A stretch of 64,000 nt of DNA from Eledone cirrhosa (taxonomy: Eukaryota), in assembly GCA_964016885.1 (NCBI GenBank), contig OZ024744.1, positions 85,002,001 through 85,066,000 on the forward strand. Reading direction: 5' to 3'. The notes beneath the pieces are model-generated. The model saw only the letters and a list, made by a program, of their open reading frames with translations. It ran no database searches and was not told the DNA's origin. Positions 48,222 to 61,700 of the stretch are shown here, piece after piece. Every line of letters begins with the position of its first letter. Positions within the stretch are counted from its first letter, which is position 1. The position numbers were made by a program, and so were the translations under genes.

Positions 48222-51200
48222 TTTCTCTATTGGCCACAAGGGCTGACATCGAGAAAAACATTACAGACGTCACAGGACGGTACATGACGGTACGTTGTGG
48301 ATTTTGTGGGTGTAAAGATTTTTTATTATTTATATAAGAAACGAAAAAGAAAAAAAAGACAGAGAAACATACAAATAAAGATTCAGCGAGAATCGCATTT
48401 TCGGCGGGCAGGAAAAGCGAAGCGAAACGCAAAAATCAGAAATGATACTGGCAAAGTGCTCAATAGTTAAAAATAGTTAAAAACCAATGTGTTAAGAAGC
48501 CATACAAAACTGAAAAGGTGGTCAAGAAAGCATTAACCACCCAAGCCAAAAACCAAATCAAGCTAAACAGGTCAAAACAATATAAATGATAAAAAAATAA
48601 GTGATAACCAGACCTGGACTCCCGGAGTTGCTGTTAAAATCCGATGTAGAGTTTCTGTGACACCTAAATTAAAATACAGTCTGCTTAAAAATATAAGCTT
48701 TGTGTATAACGATCGAACAAGGAATATGACGTTATCAACAGGTATTTCGCTCTGTACCAAATAAGTGAATGATACGGTGGTAAGTTAAGCCACGTGTGGA
48801 AATCACAGATTTCCACGTGTGGAAACCCCAGATTTTGGCAAAGTAATTCAGTGGGTGTATATCATGCTAAAAATAGCATAAATAGCACAAATAGAATAAG
48901 TTCTCAAACGAGTTGTTTAAAATAAACTTATACAATTAACCTGTCAATAGAAATTATTAACAAGTTAATTGTAAGACTCGGGAGATTAATACAAATAAAG
49001 ATTCAGCGAGAATCGCATTTTCGGCGGGCAGGAAAAGCGAAGCGAAACGCAAAAATCAGAAATGATACTGGCAAAGTGCTCAATAGTAAAAAACCAATAT
49101 ATATATAAACAATAAAAATGAAAATTCAAACAATGAAACTAATATAGTTTCCAAGCGCTATCCCTCGGTCTTTTCCTGACCCAGGACTGCAGCTCCGTCA
49201 AGGAGACGAGCTGTGGTCGACGTGCCTGGCGAACAGCGACCACACCTGTTCACCGTCAAGGAAGCACCAGAGGTGTCGCAGCCTCAGCGCATGTTTGCGC
49301 ATCATCAGCCATGGCATGCCCAGTCCTCCACGCAACGGGTGTTGACAGCAGATGGATCGTCTGACCATAGGAGCGCGTCCCTTCCACAAAAAGCGGAAGA
49401 GAAGGCGCTCTAGTTTGGTGAGAGTTGGGCCGGGACAAGAGGCGACGGTGAGGCGGTAGCAGATGACGGATGCGATGTACCCATTCGCCACCTCCACCCG
49501 GCCTTTCAGAGACAGATTTCTCTCGGCCCATTTCTGGGTGAGGGAGGCCAACCTGCTCGTCACCTCGATCCAGGTTTTCTCCATCTGGAGGTCCAGTCCG
49601 AACCAGACATCGAGCAATTTAACCGGTCCGTCCGCCCAACCGCCCACAACACTGTCGGACGGCATGGACTTGCCGCTCCAGGTGCCGAGCTGCAAGCCCA
49701 CCGAATTTTCCTGGTTTATCTTTGCTCCTCTCACCGCTTCGTATTCCTTGATGGCGGTGCCAAGCATCTGGACGTGTCTGCTTCCCGACACCACCACGGT
49801 TACGTCGTCGGCGTAAGCCGACTCGTATTTCCCGCATCCTAGTTCGCGTGGGACGCCCCTCGTCGCCCCCAGTTTGTACAGTAACGGCTCGAGAGCCAAT
49901 ACGAGGGGCGAGAGGGGATAACCCTGGCAGACCGAGCGCATGATGCTGAACGGCTGCGACAGGTGACCGTTCACCTTCACAGCCGAGCAGATGTCGCTGT
50001 ACATCGCAGCGATCCAACACCTGAAAACGAGCCCGAAACCGGCTGCCTCGAGAACCCGCCAGGTACCAATGGTCGACCCTATCAAATGCTTTGGATTGAT
50101 CCAAGTTGATCAGGGCCCCACACGTGCCAGGTTGCTTAACCACCCTCTGTACGATGTATCGCATGAGGTGGCGGTTGTTGTGAATGGATTTGTCCGGAAT
50201 GGCACATGTCTGCGCCTCTCCCACCAGATCGTCGACGACAAGCGCCAACCTCGTTGCTAACACCTTGGCCAAAATCTTGAACTCTGCGTTTAGCAGAGTT
50301 ATGGGCCTGAAGTTATCGATAACATTCCCCTTGTTCGCGTCTTTTCTCAGCAGCGCCACCGCTCCCCGGCTCACAAAACTGGGAATGCTCCCGTTCTGTT
50401 GCCAGTTGCAGTAGACGTCTGCCAAGAGGTCACCGAACAAGTTTGGCATAAATGCATAAAACTCGTAGGGAAGACCATCCAAACCCGGCGATTTACCCCT
50501 CGTGCAGTTTGCCATCGCTTCTCGTATTTCACCGGCTGTTATTGGCTTTTCGCAACACTGTGCAGCGGTCCCTGAAAGCCGAGGCAGTCCATCGAGGTAT
50601 GCACTGAAATCCTTACCCCGATCCGGCCCGCCGCTGCTCCCAAACAGTTCAGCAAAGTGCTGCTGAAAAGCCTCACACATCTGCTCGGGTTCGAGCAACA
50701 CGCGCCCGTTTTGGTCAGAAAAAGACCGAATTGTGGCTTTGTTGCCACGTCGCGCCTCTGCCACCCGGGCCCATTGGGCGGCTTTCGTTCCCTCGTGTTT
50801 CAGAGCACGCGCTCTAGCTCTGACAACGCAGCCTTCGTGTTTTCCGTTGAAGAATTGGTCGAGTGCCAATCTCGCCGCAAGCACATCGGGTGCGATGCCT
50901 GTCCTAAACGCCTCTTCTAGCTTTCTGACGAGCTCTCCTTCTCCTATGAAGTCTGTCTATGTCGATCTCACAGATCACAAATTTGTGATCCGTGTAGTCG
51001 ACTATTTTAAATTGTGGACAACTTATACTAGCCTTATCTAGTTCCCTGCAGAATACCCTATCTAGATACGATCTGGATGACCCGATGCGTTTTGTCCATG
51101 TCCACATTGGCACATTCGGGTGATCCAGTCGATACCTGTCAGACAGTTCAAAACGTCTGAGCAGGTTGGTGAGGCTCTTGCACCCTCCTCCCCTATCCAC

Positions 51201-53409
51201 TAGCCCCACACAATCCCAGCGTGCATCCAAGACACCGTTCCAGTCGCCCACTAACACTAAAGAGCGGAACGTTCCCAGAAAGATCTCTAGTATCTGAAGA
51301 AATCTAGCCGTCCTGCTCCTGTCGGGGCATAGACGGCTACTAGCCTGAAAGCGTTGCCTTCGGTGCCGTTCACGTCCAGCACCACCGACTTACCTTCTGG
51401 GTCCAGGAAGATGGTTCGTATGGCGAGACCCAAGCCTTTCCGAAACAACACAGCCACTCCGCCCCCGCTCCCGGACGGCTCGGTGATGCGTACACCCCGT
51501 AACCGTCGAAGATCGGTACGAAAGCTTGCGTTTCGGAGATTCTCGTCTCGCTGATGGCCACCACATCTATGTTTAGTGACCTGAGGTCGTTAAGCAAATT
51601 ACCCTGCTTCCAAACCGAGCTCAAGGCATGGACGTTTACACTTCCGATCCTGAATACGGCCATGTTAGGTGAAGAAAGGGGCAAGTGAGAAAGGATCACT
51701 TACCTTGATCGTCTGGTGAAAGGACCGTTGAACCGTCCCTTCGGCTGGTCGTCGACTCTTCTGTGAATATATCCGAGGATACTCTCCGGTTGAGTGTCCC
51801 TCCTAGGGCTCTGAAATCACCAACTGCGTTGGGGAATTTCATTTTAATGTTAGTGTATTGTTTCTCTGATATTCTTACCAGTCTTATGTTCGTTGGTGTT
51901 TTGATTGGTGCTGGTATTATGTAGTCGTGCTGTGAAATGTCTGTGTGTTCAATTATGTAAGTCATTAGTTTCTTGTTGTGTATTTATTGCTGTGCATTTC
52001 TTTTTTTTTTGGGGGGGGGGGGCTGTTTTCTTGTCGTTGTTGCTTGGTGTGTGTCTTTTGTTGTGTTTGCGATGTTGGTGCTTGTGGTGGTGTTGTTGAA
52101 GGTGTTGTTGAAGGTGTTGTTGTTGTTGGCTGTGGGGTTGCCGCCGGTGGTGATGGTAGTGCTAGTGTGGGTGGTGATGGTGTTGTTGGTGTTGTTGCTG
52201 TAAGTCTCTTTGCAGTAGCCTTCACACTTTTTCCATCTCTTCCCTCCCTTTTCGAAGGCGAAGATGCGCTACTTCTGCACTTGTGCCTTCTTGCGACTTT
52301 TTGTCACCCCTCTCCCACCTCACACTACATGTCCGATCCTGTACCACACTCCATGTACCAGCTCCACTCTTTCAGTTGTTCTTGTTAGTGATGGTTGCAA
52401 TGGAGTCTCTGTTGCAGCTGCAGTTGGTATTACTGTTGTTGTTGTTAATACTTCCACTGCTGCTGCTGTTCTTGATTTCCGAGGCGTCGGTATAGGTGCC
52501 ACGGACCTATCGTTCCTGGTTGCCGCTTGTCCTGTTGCTGGTAGCAGTGGAACCGGTTTCGGAAGGAGGTGGTTTTCTCCTTTCTCAGGGTCTTCTCATT
52601 GCAGAAGGCTCTGAAGTGAGTCTTCAACCCACAGCGAAAGCATTTCGGGCGTTTGCCCTCAACACTTATGGGCAGTTGAATGCCGTTATCGAAGTCTATC
52701 ACATCCGGGATAGCTTCGATACACTCCTGGTTGGTTTGAATTAAAATCTCAATGGAGATGCCGACCCAATCTTCTCGTACTTTTTCTGTACTTGTAGTAC
52801 GGTTGTTTTGTCCTCGATTCCGACGAGAACAGACACGGCCAGCCAAGAATGGGTCATCCCGGGGGGGGGGGGGGGGGTGCGACTTGGGTCAGTTTGACCC
52901 TCACGAATTTTTTGCCCGCAGTAGGAGGGCACCAATACCATTTCCTCGCTCCTTAGGGTCACTAAGGATTGAGCCTTTGCATCCTGGGGTGTGGCAAAAA
53001 GCACGTCCACGGTGGCATATTTCTTGCCTCCGGTGATATGCGTTTTCCGCTGCCACACAGACCCTAAGGCTTTTTGTATTTGAGCCTCTGTGGCTCTTTC
53101 AACCCTACGTGATGTTGTGCTTACTGTACGGTACGTGACCGTACAGTGCTGTTGGATTTCTAAAAGTTCTTCGGCTGCCTTGCAGATTGCTCGGTGTCCG
53201 CTTTTCGTCACCATCTTCCTTGCTTCCTGTAATTCCTCATTTGTTATAAGGATGGTTTCCAGGTTCTTTGCGATACCTGCAAATGAGATTGGTTTTTATT
53301 TCTTGTTGTTGTCGTCAGAGCTGCTGTTACGTTTGTTGTTGCTGCTGGTACTACGACCGCCGCCGCCACTGCTGCTGTTGCTGTTGCTGTTGCTGTTGTT
53401 GTTGCTTCT

Positions 53410-53441
<32 letters not shown>

Positions 53442-53760
53442 TGCTGTTGTTGTTTATGCTTCTGCTGATGTTGTTGCGGTTGCTACTAATATTTTTCTCG
53501 CTACTGTTGCTGCAGCTGCTGTTATTACGGCTGCTGCTGCTATTCTTCATGACGTCAGATGAATGAAATGGCTTTCCGTAATTACCGCACACATCTTTCG
53601 TTGTTGTCGTCGTCGTGGGGAAATGTTCCACGGTGCGCGCGTTCTCTTGATGAAGAACGCTACGAGAAACTACATTTTTTCTTTTTCTTTAATGGCGTCG
53701 CTTGCGAAAGAGGCGACAGAGGTGACACCACATTTAGAGAAGGGAGGGAGAGAGACAATC
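48222..53760 (-). mobile_element. Decayed near full-length Tx1/L1-clade LINE (ORF1 with CCHC knuckle, ORF2 APE plus RT, 3' UTR)
   Basis: ORF1 pieces span ~53630-51700 with CFRCGLKTHFRAFC. ORF2 starts at 51663 (MAVFRIGSVNV) and includes VGDWNG, SYLDR, TDHK, KSPGLDG, FRPITLLN, DQSKAFDRV and AYADD. It has multiple frameshifts and deletions, with the tail at 48222-48368. Confidence 0.9.
48368..49098. mobile_element. Unclassified ~730-bp insert with ~100-bp terminal direct repeats
   Basis: 48368-48467 is essentially identical to 48989-49087. It interrupts the Tx1 3' UTR at an (AT)n site, as shown by comparison with the uninterrupted copy at 62222-62390. Confidence 0.75.
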
Positions 53761-54039
53761 TTTTCTCTGACGTAATAACGATTGGGGAAGAAGAAGACGG
53801 AAGGAGTGGGAGTGACTTGTGAAAATTCTTTTTTGCAGCCATTTTTTTTTACGGTTTTGTTGTTTTTTAAAATGAATATTGCGGACAAATCCCCAATAAC
53901 TGGTTATTTAACACCCCTCTCATGAGGAGGAGGGTGTCTTTATCTACAATTTGGTGCAAGTTTTAAACAATTGTTACAACGGTTAAAAATTGCAATACCT
54001 TACAGAGCCGAGCCTCCGTCAACCATGGCATTCAGTAAC

Positions 54040-54151
<112 letters not shown>

Positions 54152-55236
54152 TAAGGGAAGAAGACGCACGAGGTGACGGAGGTCATGAAATCGCTCCCGT
54201 AAGTTTTGAATTTTTAACATATTTAAATCATTTGTGAAATAACAACTCTTAGTACAAATGCTACGTAAAGCACCCGGCTTGAGCCCCAAAAAATTCGGAC
54301 CCAAAATATATTGTTATAAGGCTCAAATATTCAAATATTCAACTTTGTATTGTACACTGTATATCCAAAAAAGAAAATGGCTATAAATGGAAGAAGAACC
54401 CCCCCCCCCTCCTCTCCTCTGGCTACACTATATAGGACAGCTAAACTCACCAACACCAGAAACTAGATACACCACCCACCCCATCATCTGTGTACACTAA
54501 ACACAACAGCCAGATAACGACATTTTCACCTTCACCGCCACCGCTCACTACGGCCATCATTACCACCACTATCCCATCACCGCCGCCACCACCCCTTGAC
54601 TCCTTCACTACTGCCACCGCTACAGCACCATCACTACAGTAATACGGTCACATCACCGCCACCACTGCCTCGGTATCGACATCACCACCACCACTGTCTC
54701 AGTATCGCTACCGCCGCCAGTCTCCCACTTCCCCCTGCTGGCTGCTACTTCCACATTATAGAATTCCTACTACTAACAAAGAGGAAGGCATCAAAATATA
54801 TAGATAGACTCAAAAGAAAAAAGAAAAAACAAACAACAAAACCAAAGCAGCACAGCAACAACAGCAAAAAACGAGAAAAACAAACAGAGAAAAACAAAAA
54901 CAAAAAAAGAAACCCCCAAAACGTAAAGAAAATAAGAATGAAGAGAGAAGCAGGCGGACGGACAGAGAAGAGGGGGGAAAAAGTAAAAGTTAAAAAACTA
55001 AAACTAAGTCAGACATTGTAACACTACATTACAATGAAACTTATGCTTATTCATTTTTGGGGCCCTTTCTGCCTGTGTGTTTGTTTGTTTATGTGTGTTC
55101 GTATACAGCGTGGTGATAATGCCACACAAGGGCCAAGTGGGATGGCGGATCCACAGATGGCTATGTAAACATACATTCGCCAATCCTCGATAAGAGTGTT
55201 TAAATATCGAACATAAACAGTTCGAATAACGGTGAA

Positions 55237-58200
55237 ATGGAGACTAGAACGTCATGTGACAGACTCTCACCCAACAGGTGCCCCCTGGCTCAGCAGCAGG
55301 AACCTGACTGTCAACCAAATACTGCTGATGTTGGAGGAAGGAGAAGAAGGAAAGGGGCCAGAACCAACTGGACGAAAGAATTGAATAGAACTGTTATGCA
55401 ATGCTACCTGAAAAGTAACCCCAAGGAGAGGGGCTACAGGAGACGGATGCATAACATCTGGAACGAGATTGGTTTATTTAAATTAGATGAACAAAAATTG
55501 GCCGGGCAGGCTCGGGTAATAAGAACCAATGGGTGGATAAGCGAGCTGGAACTGGAGGAACTGAGCAGAGAGAATGGCTTGGAGATGGCGGGTGTAGTAT
55601 GCCAGACAAGCGAGCCGGTGGGAAATGAAGGTGAGGAGGTCCTGAGAACGGAGGAACCACCCGAAGCAGACAATGATCTGAATACTGAGATAAATAATAC
55701 CTGGAACAGAGATACGGCCACTGAGGAGATGAATGCTGACGGGCTAGGACAAGATTCGGTTGACATCCTAAATTTAGTGGTAGATGAATTGAACAATGAT
55801 AGTGGGAGACCTATGAACCTAAGATTTGTAGACAGGAAAAAGTTAAAAGAAACAACAGCTAAGGTAAACAAAGTCATCCCATACCTTGAGGCGAGGAGCC
55901 TTCACCAGTGCAACAATATCCTCAGAGCAACAGCAAATACGGTGAGGAAACTACTTGGTATAAAAGCGAGAGGAAACAACAGACAAGAAAGAGCAGAGCC
56001 GTGGTGGAAGAAGCGACTGAGTGGGCAAATCGGGGAAATGAGAAATGACATAGGAAAGCTTGAGTCACTACTGAATGGGACACTAAAAAACATAGGCACT
56101 AAAAATAGACTGGAAATAAAATACAAAACTAGGAGTAAAAAGCTAAATATTATCATAGAGGAATTGAAGCAACGCATTGTAGCAAAGAGTGCCAAAATCA
56201 GGCGATACGAGAACAGAGTCAGTCAGTATAAACAGAACCGCATGTTCGACAACAACCAGAAGATGCTGTTTGGACAGCTTGAGGGCAAAGAAAGAGGCAA
56301 CGACTTGATCCCTGGGGCGGAACAAACTAAAACATTCTGGAGAGGAATATGGGAGCAGGATGTTAGACACAATGCCCAGGCAGGGTGGATTGAGACAGTA
56401 CAGAGGGAGATCGGTGAGCAGGCACAGCAACAGACTGATTTGAGTATCACAGTTGAAACTCTTAAGGGGCAAGCCAAAAAACTAACCAACTGGAAATCAC
56501 CAGGCCCAGATGGTGTGCAGGGGTATTGGATTAAACATTTAACATCCCTCCACCCGAAGCTGACGGCCATGTTCAATGACTGCTTGGTGTCGGGTGAGGT
56601 GCCAGAGTGGTTGACAAAAGGTACCACAGTTCTGATAATGAAAGACCGAATCAAGGGTAATGATGCTACCAACTATAGACCTATCACATGTCTGCCCGTA
56701 ATGTGGAAACTGTTGACGAGCATTGTGTCTGAGGAAATCTACCATCACCTCCACACAAACAACTTGTTACCGGACGAACAGAAAGTATGCCGAAAGAAGT
56801 CACGTGGTACAAAGGACCAGTTGCTTATTGATAAGATGGTAATGGGGAATTGCAGGAGGAGACACACTGATCTTGCCATGGGATGGATAGACTACAGAAA
56901 GGCATTTGACATGGTGCCTCATTCCTGGATCACCAAAAGCCTGGAGATCTTCAGGGTGGCAGATAACATCAGACAGTTGCTAGGCAGGAGTATGGGGTCC
57001 TGGGAGACAGAGTTGACATCAACTGGAGTATCCTTGGGAAGCGTGAAGATCAAGAGAGGTATCTTCCAGGGAGATAGCCTGTCCCCTCTGTTGTTTGTCC
57101 TTGCCCTGATGCCCTTGACCATTATGCTGCGAAAAGTGAGAGCAGGATACAAGTTGGGAAGGGGAGAGCTTACCATCAATCACCTCCTCTTCATGGACGA
57201 TCTTAAGCTCTTCGGGAAAAGTGAGAAGGAGTTGGATGTGCTTGTTGACACTGTCCGTATTTTCAGCAGTGATATATGTATGCAGTTTGGTATTGGTAAA
57301 TGTGGAGTCATTGTGATGAAGAGGGGTAGGTTGAGCAGAAGTAACGGGATCCAGATACCAACAGGTGAGATGATAAAGGAAATTGACTCTGAGGAAGGAT
57401 ACAAGTATTTGGGCGTTCTGGAGGCTGATGGCATAAAGAACAAAAAAATGAAGGAATTGTTAAGAACTGAATACATTCGGAGAGTAAGGAGCATATTGAA
57501 GTCACATCTGAACAGCAGAAACGCCATAAGCGCAGTAAATTCCCGAGCTGTGTCTATTATTAGGTACAGTGCGGGAATTCTGAGATGGAATGTTGCTGAA
57601 CAAAAAGAAATGGATAGGAAGACTAGGAAGCTATTGACTATCTACAACATGTTCCACAAGAGGAGTGATGTCGATAGACTCTACCTAAGGAGATCTGAGG
57701 GTGGAAGAGGTCTTATCAGCATAGAGGACTGTGTTCAGATGGAGAAAAACAACCTATACAAATACGTGACTTATAGTAAGGAGCCAATGCTCAGAACTGT
57801 ACCGAAGGAGGGGACAGTAGGCCAGGGGATGTCCAGGGAGGAAATAACATCAAGGAGGAAGAGCAGCCTTAAGGGAAAATCCCTTCATAGTACCTTCTTT
57901 GAGAAAACTGAATTTAGAGATCCACAGACATGGAACTGGTTGAGAAGAGGAGACCTCAAAAAGGCTACAGAAGGAATGCTAATGGCTGCGCAGGAGCAGG
58001 CCCTCAAAACGAAGTGGTTGAAGCACCATATCTACAAGGAGGAGGCTAGCCCACTGTGCAGGATCTGTGGAGAGAGAGAGGAGACTGTGGCTCACATTGT
58101 GTCCGAGTGTAAACACCTAGCCCAGACCCACTATAAGGGCTGGAGACACGATGTGATGGGCAGGGTGATCCACTGGCACCTGTGCAAAGTAAACAATCTA

Positions 58201-58629
58201 CCACATTCTGAGAAATGGTATGAGCATAGGCCAGAGGCGGTGATGGAGAACAATCAGGTGAAGGTGCTGTGGGATTTTAGGATACAGACGGACAAAAAAC
58301 TGGAACACAATAGACCTGACCTGGTGGTTGTGGACAAAGAAAAAAGATCGTGCCTGATTGTGGATGTGGCCTGCCCGTTCGACACGAGAGTGCAAGAGAA
58401 GGAGAGGGAGAAAATTAACCGATACCAGGACCTAAAGTGGGAGGTAAAAAGGATTTGGAACTGCCATGAAGTCAAAGTGATCCCGATTGTCATAGGCGCA
58501 CTGGGGACTATCTCCAAAAGTTTCCAGGGATGGTTAAAGAAAATCGGCCCCTTCGCGCTTTTTGGAACGCTTCAAAAGGCATGCTTGCTTGGAACAGCAA
58601 GAACCCTCCGATACGTCCTGAATATCTGA
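55237..58629 (+). CDS. Intact Dong/R4-clade non-LTR retrotransposon ORF (RT, CCHC, REL endonuclease), 1130 aa
   Basis: WKSPGPDG, NYRPITCL, WIDYRKAFD, GIFQGDSLSP, LFMDD, YKYLG, CRIC..HIVSEC, RHD and RPDLVVVD..DVACP. A short 3' UTR and a (TAA)n tail follow at 58705-58777. Confidence 0.96.
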   Translation: METRTSCDRLSPNRCPLAQQQEPDCQPNTADVGGRRRRKGARTNWTKELNRTVMQCYLKSNPKERGYRRRMHNIWNEIGLFKLDEQKLAGQARVIRTNGWISELELEELSRENGLEMAGVVCQTSEPVGNEGEEVLRTEEPPEADNDLNTEINNTWNRDTATEEMNADGLGQDSVDILNLVVDELNNDSGRPMNLRFVDRKKLKETTAKVNKVIPYLEARSLHQCNNILRATANTVRKLLGIKARGNNRQERAEPWWKKRLSGQIGEMRNDIGKLESLLNGTLKNIGTKNRLEIKYKTRSKKLNIIIEELKQRIVAKSAKIRRYENRVSQYKQNRMFDNNQKMLFGQLEGKERGNDLIPGAEQTKTFWRGIWEQDVRHNAQAGWIETVQREIGEQAQQQTDLSITVETLKGQAKKLTNWKSPGPDGVQGYWIKHLTSLHPKLTAMFNDCLVSGEVPEWLTKGTTVLIMKDRIKGNDATNYRPITCLPVMWKLLTSIVSEEIYHHLHTNNLLPDEQKVCRKKSRGTKDQLLIDKMVMGNCRRRHTDLAMGWIDYRKAFDMVPHSWITKSLEIFRVADNIRQLLGRSMGSWETELTSTGVSLGSVKIKRGIFQGDSLSPLLFVLALMPLTIMLRKVRAGYKLGRGELTINHLLFMDDLKLFGKSEKELDVLVDTVRIFSSDICMQFGIGKCGVIVMKRGRLSRSNGIQIPTGEMIKEIDSEEGYKYLGVLEADGIKNKKMKELLRTEYIRRVRSILKSHLNSRNAISAVNSRAVSIIRYSAGILRWNVAEQKEMDRKTRKLLTIYNMFHKRSDVDRLYLRRSEGGRGLISIEDCVQMEKNNLYKYVTYSKEPMLRTVPKEGTVGQGMSREEITSRRKSSLKGKSLHSTFFEKTEFRDPQTWNWLRRGDLKKATEGMLMAAQEQALKTKWLKHHIYKEEASPLCRICGEREETVAHIVSECKHLAQTHYKGWRHDVMGRVIHWHLCKVNNLPHSEKWYEHRPEAVMENNQVKVLWDFRIQTDKKLEHNRPDLVVVDKEKRSCLIVDVACPFDTRVQEKEREKINRYQDLKWEVKRIWNCHEVKVIPIVIGALGTISKSFQGWLKKIGPFALFGTLQKACLLGTARTLRYVLNI

Positions 58630-58715
58630 GGCTGCAGGTAGTGGCTTGATATTCAATCCAACGGACTTTCCAGTTAACCAACATCAATGACTGAGATTCA
58701 AGGAATAACAATAAC

Positions 58716-58759
<44 letters not shown>

Positions 58760-58777
58760 TAATAATAATAATAATAA

Positions 58778-61700
58778 ATTGATCAGATCAAGCTATTAGC
58801 ACAAAGTCAGCGATTGATCAGATCAAGCTATTAGCACAAAGTCAGCGAAGGGAAAGTGAAACATGTGTCAGTGAAAACGAGGTAAACTGTAACACTTCGA
58901 ACCCCAGGGTTGGGGCGGAATCACTGGCAACAGAACAACTTAAAGAAAGGATCTAAAAAAGGAGGGGGTGCATGCTCAGGATGAAACTCCAAATGAAAAT
59001 AATGAGATCGTAAATGATAAAGAAATGAATGAGAATGAACTTGCCAACTTGAAGGATGAAATTATGATGGAATGGATGAAAATGAAAGAATCTGACATGG
59101 GGCAACGAGACACCCTCCCTAAGATCCAGAACTCCAAACAGAACCAAAAGATAATACACAAGACTAACATAATTCTCAAAAACATTATCATCACAAACAA
59201 ACTAAACATTACTGATTTAAATCATCTCTATTATGCATCGGCTAAAGTCACCACTCACTTATGTGGAGTGAAGATGAAAAAACAAAGGAATTCCCACAAG
59301 AAATCTACTTGGCAAGAGAACATCAATCGCCAAATAAACCTTCTCCGATCTGACATAGAAATTTTAACAAACTAGAAAGTAGGTGAACATGTTAAACAAA
59401 CTAAACTTAGAAAATTGAAAAAAAAAGTACAGTATAAAATCAACAAGTGACATAGACATGCTGATAGAAATAATCAAACAAAAAGTGTCGGCCAAAGCTG
59501 CTCGTATAAGGCGCTTTGAAAAAAGATCTAGATTCTATAAGGACAATAATATGTTAAAAAACAACCAAAGAAACTTCTACAGAAAAATTGGTAAGTCAAC
59601 AATAACTGCTAAATCAATACCACCCAAGGAGGAAGTGCAAGAATTCTGGGAAAAGATCTGGGCCGAAGAAAAAGTTCATAACATACATGCCCCATGGATA
59701 GACAGACAAATGAAAGATACAGCTCACCTTGAGGAACAAACATGGGAAAATATAACAGTTGAACAGTTGCGCTTGGCTCTAAGAAAAACCAGCAAATGGA
59801 AATCCCCAGGAAAAGACAAAATACAAAACTTTTGGATAAATGCCTTCACAGAGTCTCATGAGCTGTTAGCCCAACTTTACAATGAAATAGTTAAGGAGCC
59901 AGAAAAGATACCATCATGGCTAGTTAACGGCATTACATTCCTGCTTCCGAAGAATGATGAGACAAACAATCCCAAAAATTACAGACCGATAACTTGCTTG
60001 ACCACAATGTATAAAATTTTAACATCAGTCCTAACTGAATACACATATGACCACCTGATAACAAATGACCTATTTCCCATTGAGCAGAAAGGGTGTAAAC
60101 GAGGCTCATATGGCTGTAAGGATCAGCTTCTGGTTAACAAAATGATACTGGAAGATTGTCATAATAGACACAAAAATCTATCGATTGCTTGGATAGATTA
60201 TAAAAAAGCATTCTATAGTTTGCCACACAGTTGGATTGAAAAATGTTTAGAGATTTGCAAAATATCCCCCGTTGTCAGGAGGTTTTTGTCATTCAGTATG
60301 AAGACATGGAAAACGACACTCCTTTTGAATAGTGAAACAAAATCACTGGAAGCTGGAGAAGTTAATATTAATTGTGGATTTTTTCAGGGTGACTCTTTAT
60401 CACCGCTTTTATTCTGCATCGCACTTATACCATTAAGTAAAATGCTCAATGAAACAAAACATGGATATAAAGTCTATGACAAAACCATTAATCACCTGTT
60501 ATACATGGATGACCTGAAACTATTTGCAAATAATGATGAACAATTGCAAGGGCTATTATCCACTGTGAAGCAGTTCAGTGATGACATTAAAATGGAGTTT
60601 GGACTAGATAAATGCGCCAAAGCAACGTTCACCAGAGGAAAGCTGCTGAAGAGTTCAGACATTAATCTTGATCGGGGGAACGTGATAAGAGAACTTGATC
60701 AAGAAAAAACTTACAAATATCTAGGTGTTTGTGAAGGAGACGGAATCAAGCACTCGACAATGAGGGAAAGGATAAGGAAGGAATGTTACCGCAGAGTAAG
60801 AGCAATCTTAAGAACGGAATTGAATGCAAGGAATAGGATCGATGCCATAAACACGCTTGCCATACCAGTAGTAACCTACAGTTACAATGTCATCAACTGG
60901 TCAAGCACAGAGATCCGTAGGCTCGATACAAAAATTCGAAAATTCTTAACCATGCACAGAATGCATCACCCTAAGGCAGATATAGATAGAATATATCTCC
61001 CTAGGAAAGAAGGAGGACATGGTTAGACATTGCGTTGAAAACTGCAACAATTGGATTATCTACATATCTAAGGGAATCACATGATTGGATGATCAAACTC
61101 GTTTTGAAACACGAAAGCATCAAAAGATCATATTCCATTACAAAAGATGCACAAAGATACAGTAATGGACTACAAATTTCAGAAGTCCCATTTACTGCTG
61201 AAATGGAAAACACAGAAAAAGCAAAGCAGGTAAAAGTAACTGCAAAGAAAGAACTGCTACAGAAACTGGCTAAGAAATGGCAAGAAAAGCCTCTGTATGG
61301 AAAATACCCAGAGCGAGCTAACAATCCTGATGTTGACAAAACTTTAACCCATCAGTGGTTGGCATCCTCTGGACTGAAATCGGAGACTGAAGGACTGATT
61401 ATATCGGCACAAGATCAGTGTCTGCCAACAAAAAATTACCAAGCCAACATAATAAAAAATGGGTGCAGCCCATTATGCCGTGTATGCAAAAAACAACCAG
61501 AGACCATTGACCATATAATTTCAATGTGCAGTCCTATAGCTCCAACCGAATACCTAAACAGGCATGACAGAGCTGCACAATACATACATTGGATAATGTG
61601 TAAGCATTTTGACCTGCCCCATCAAAAGAATTGGTGGGAGCATCAACCACCTCCCATACTTGAAAAAGATCACATCTCAATCTTGTGGAACTTTAGCATC

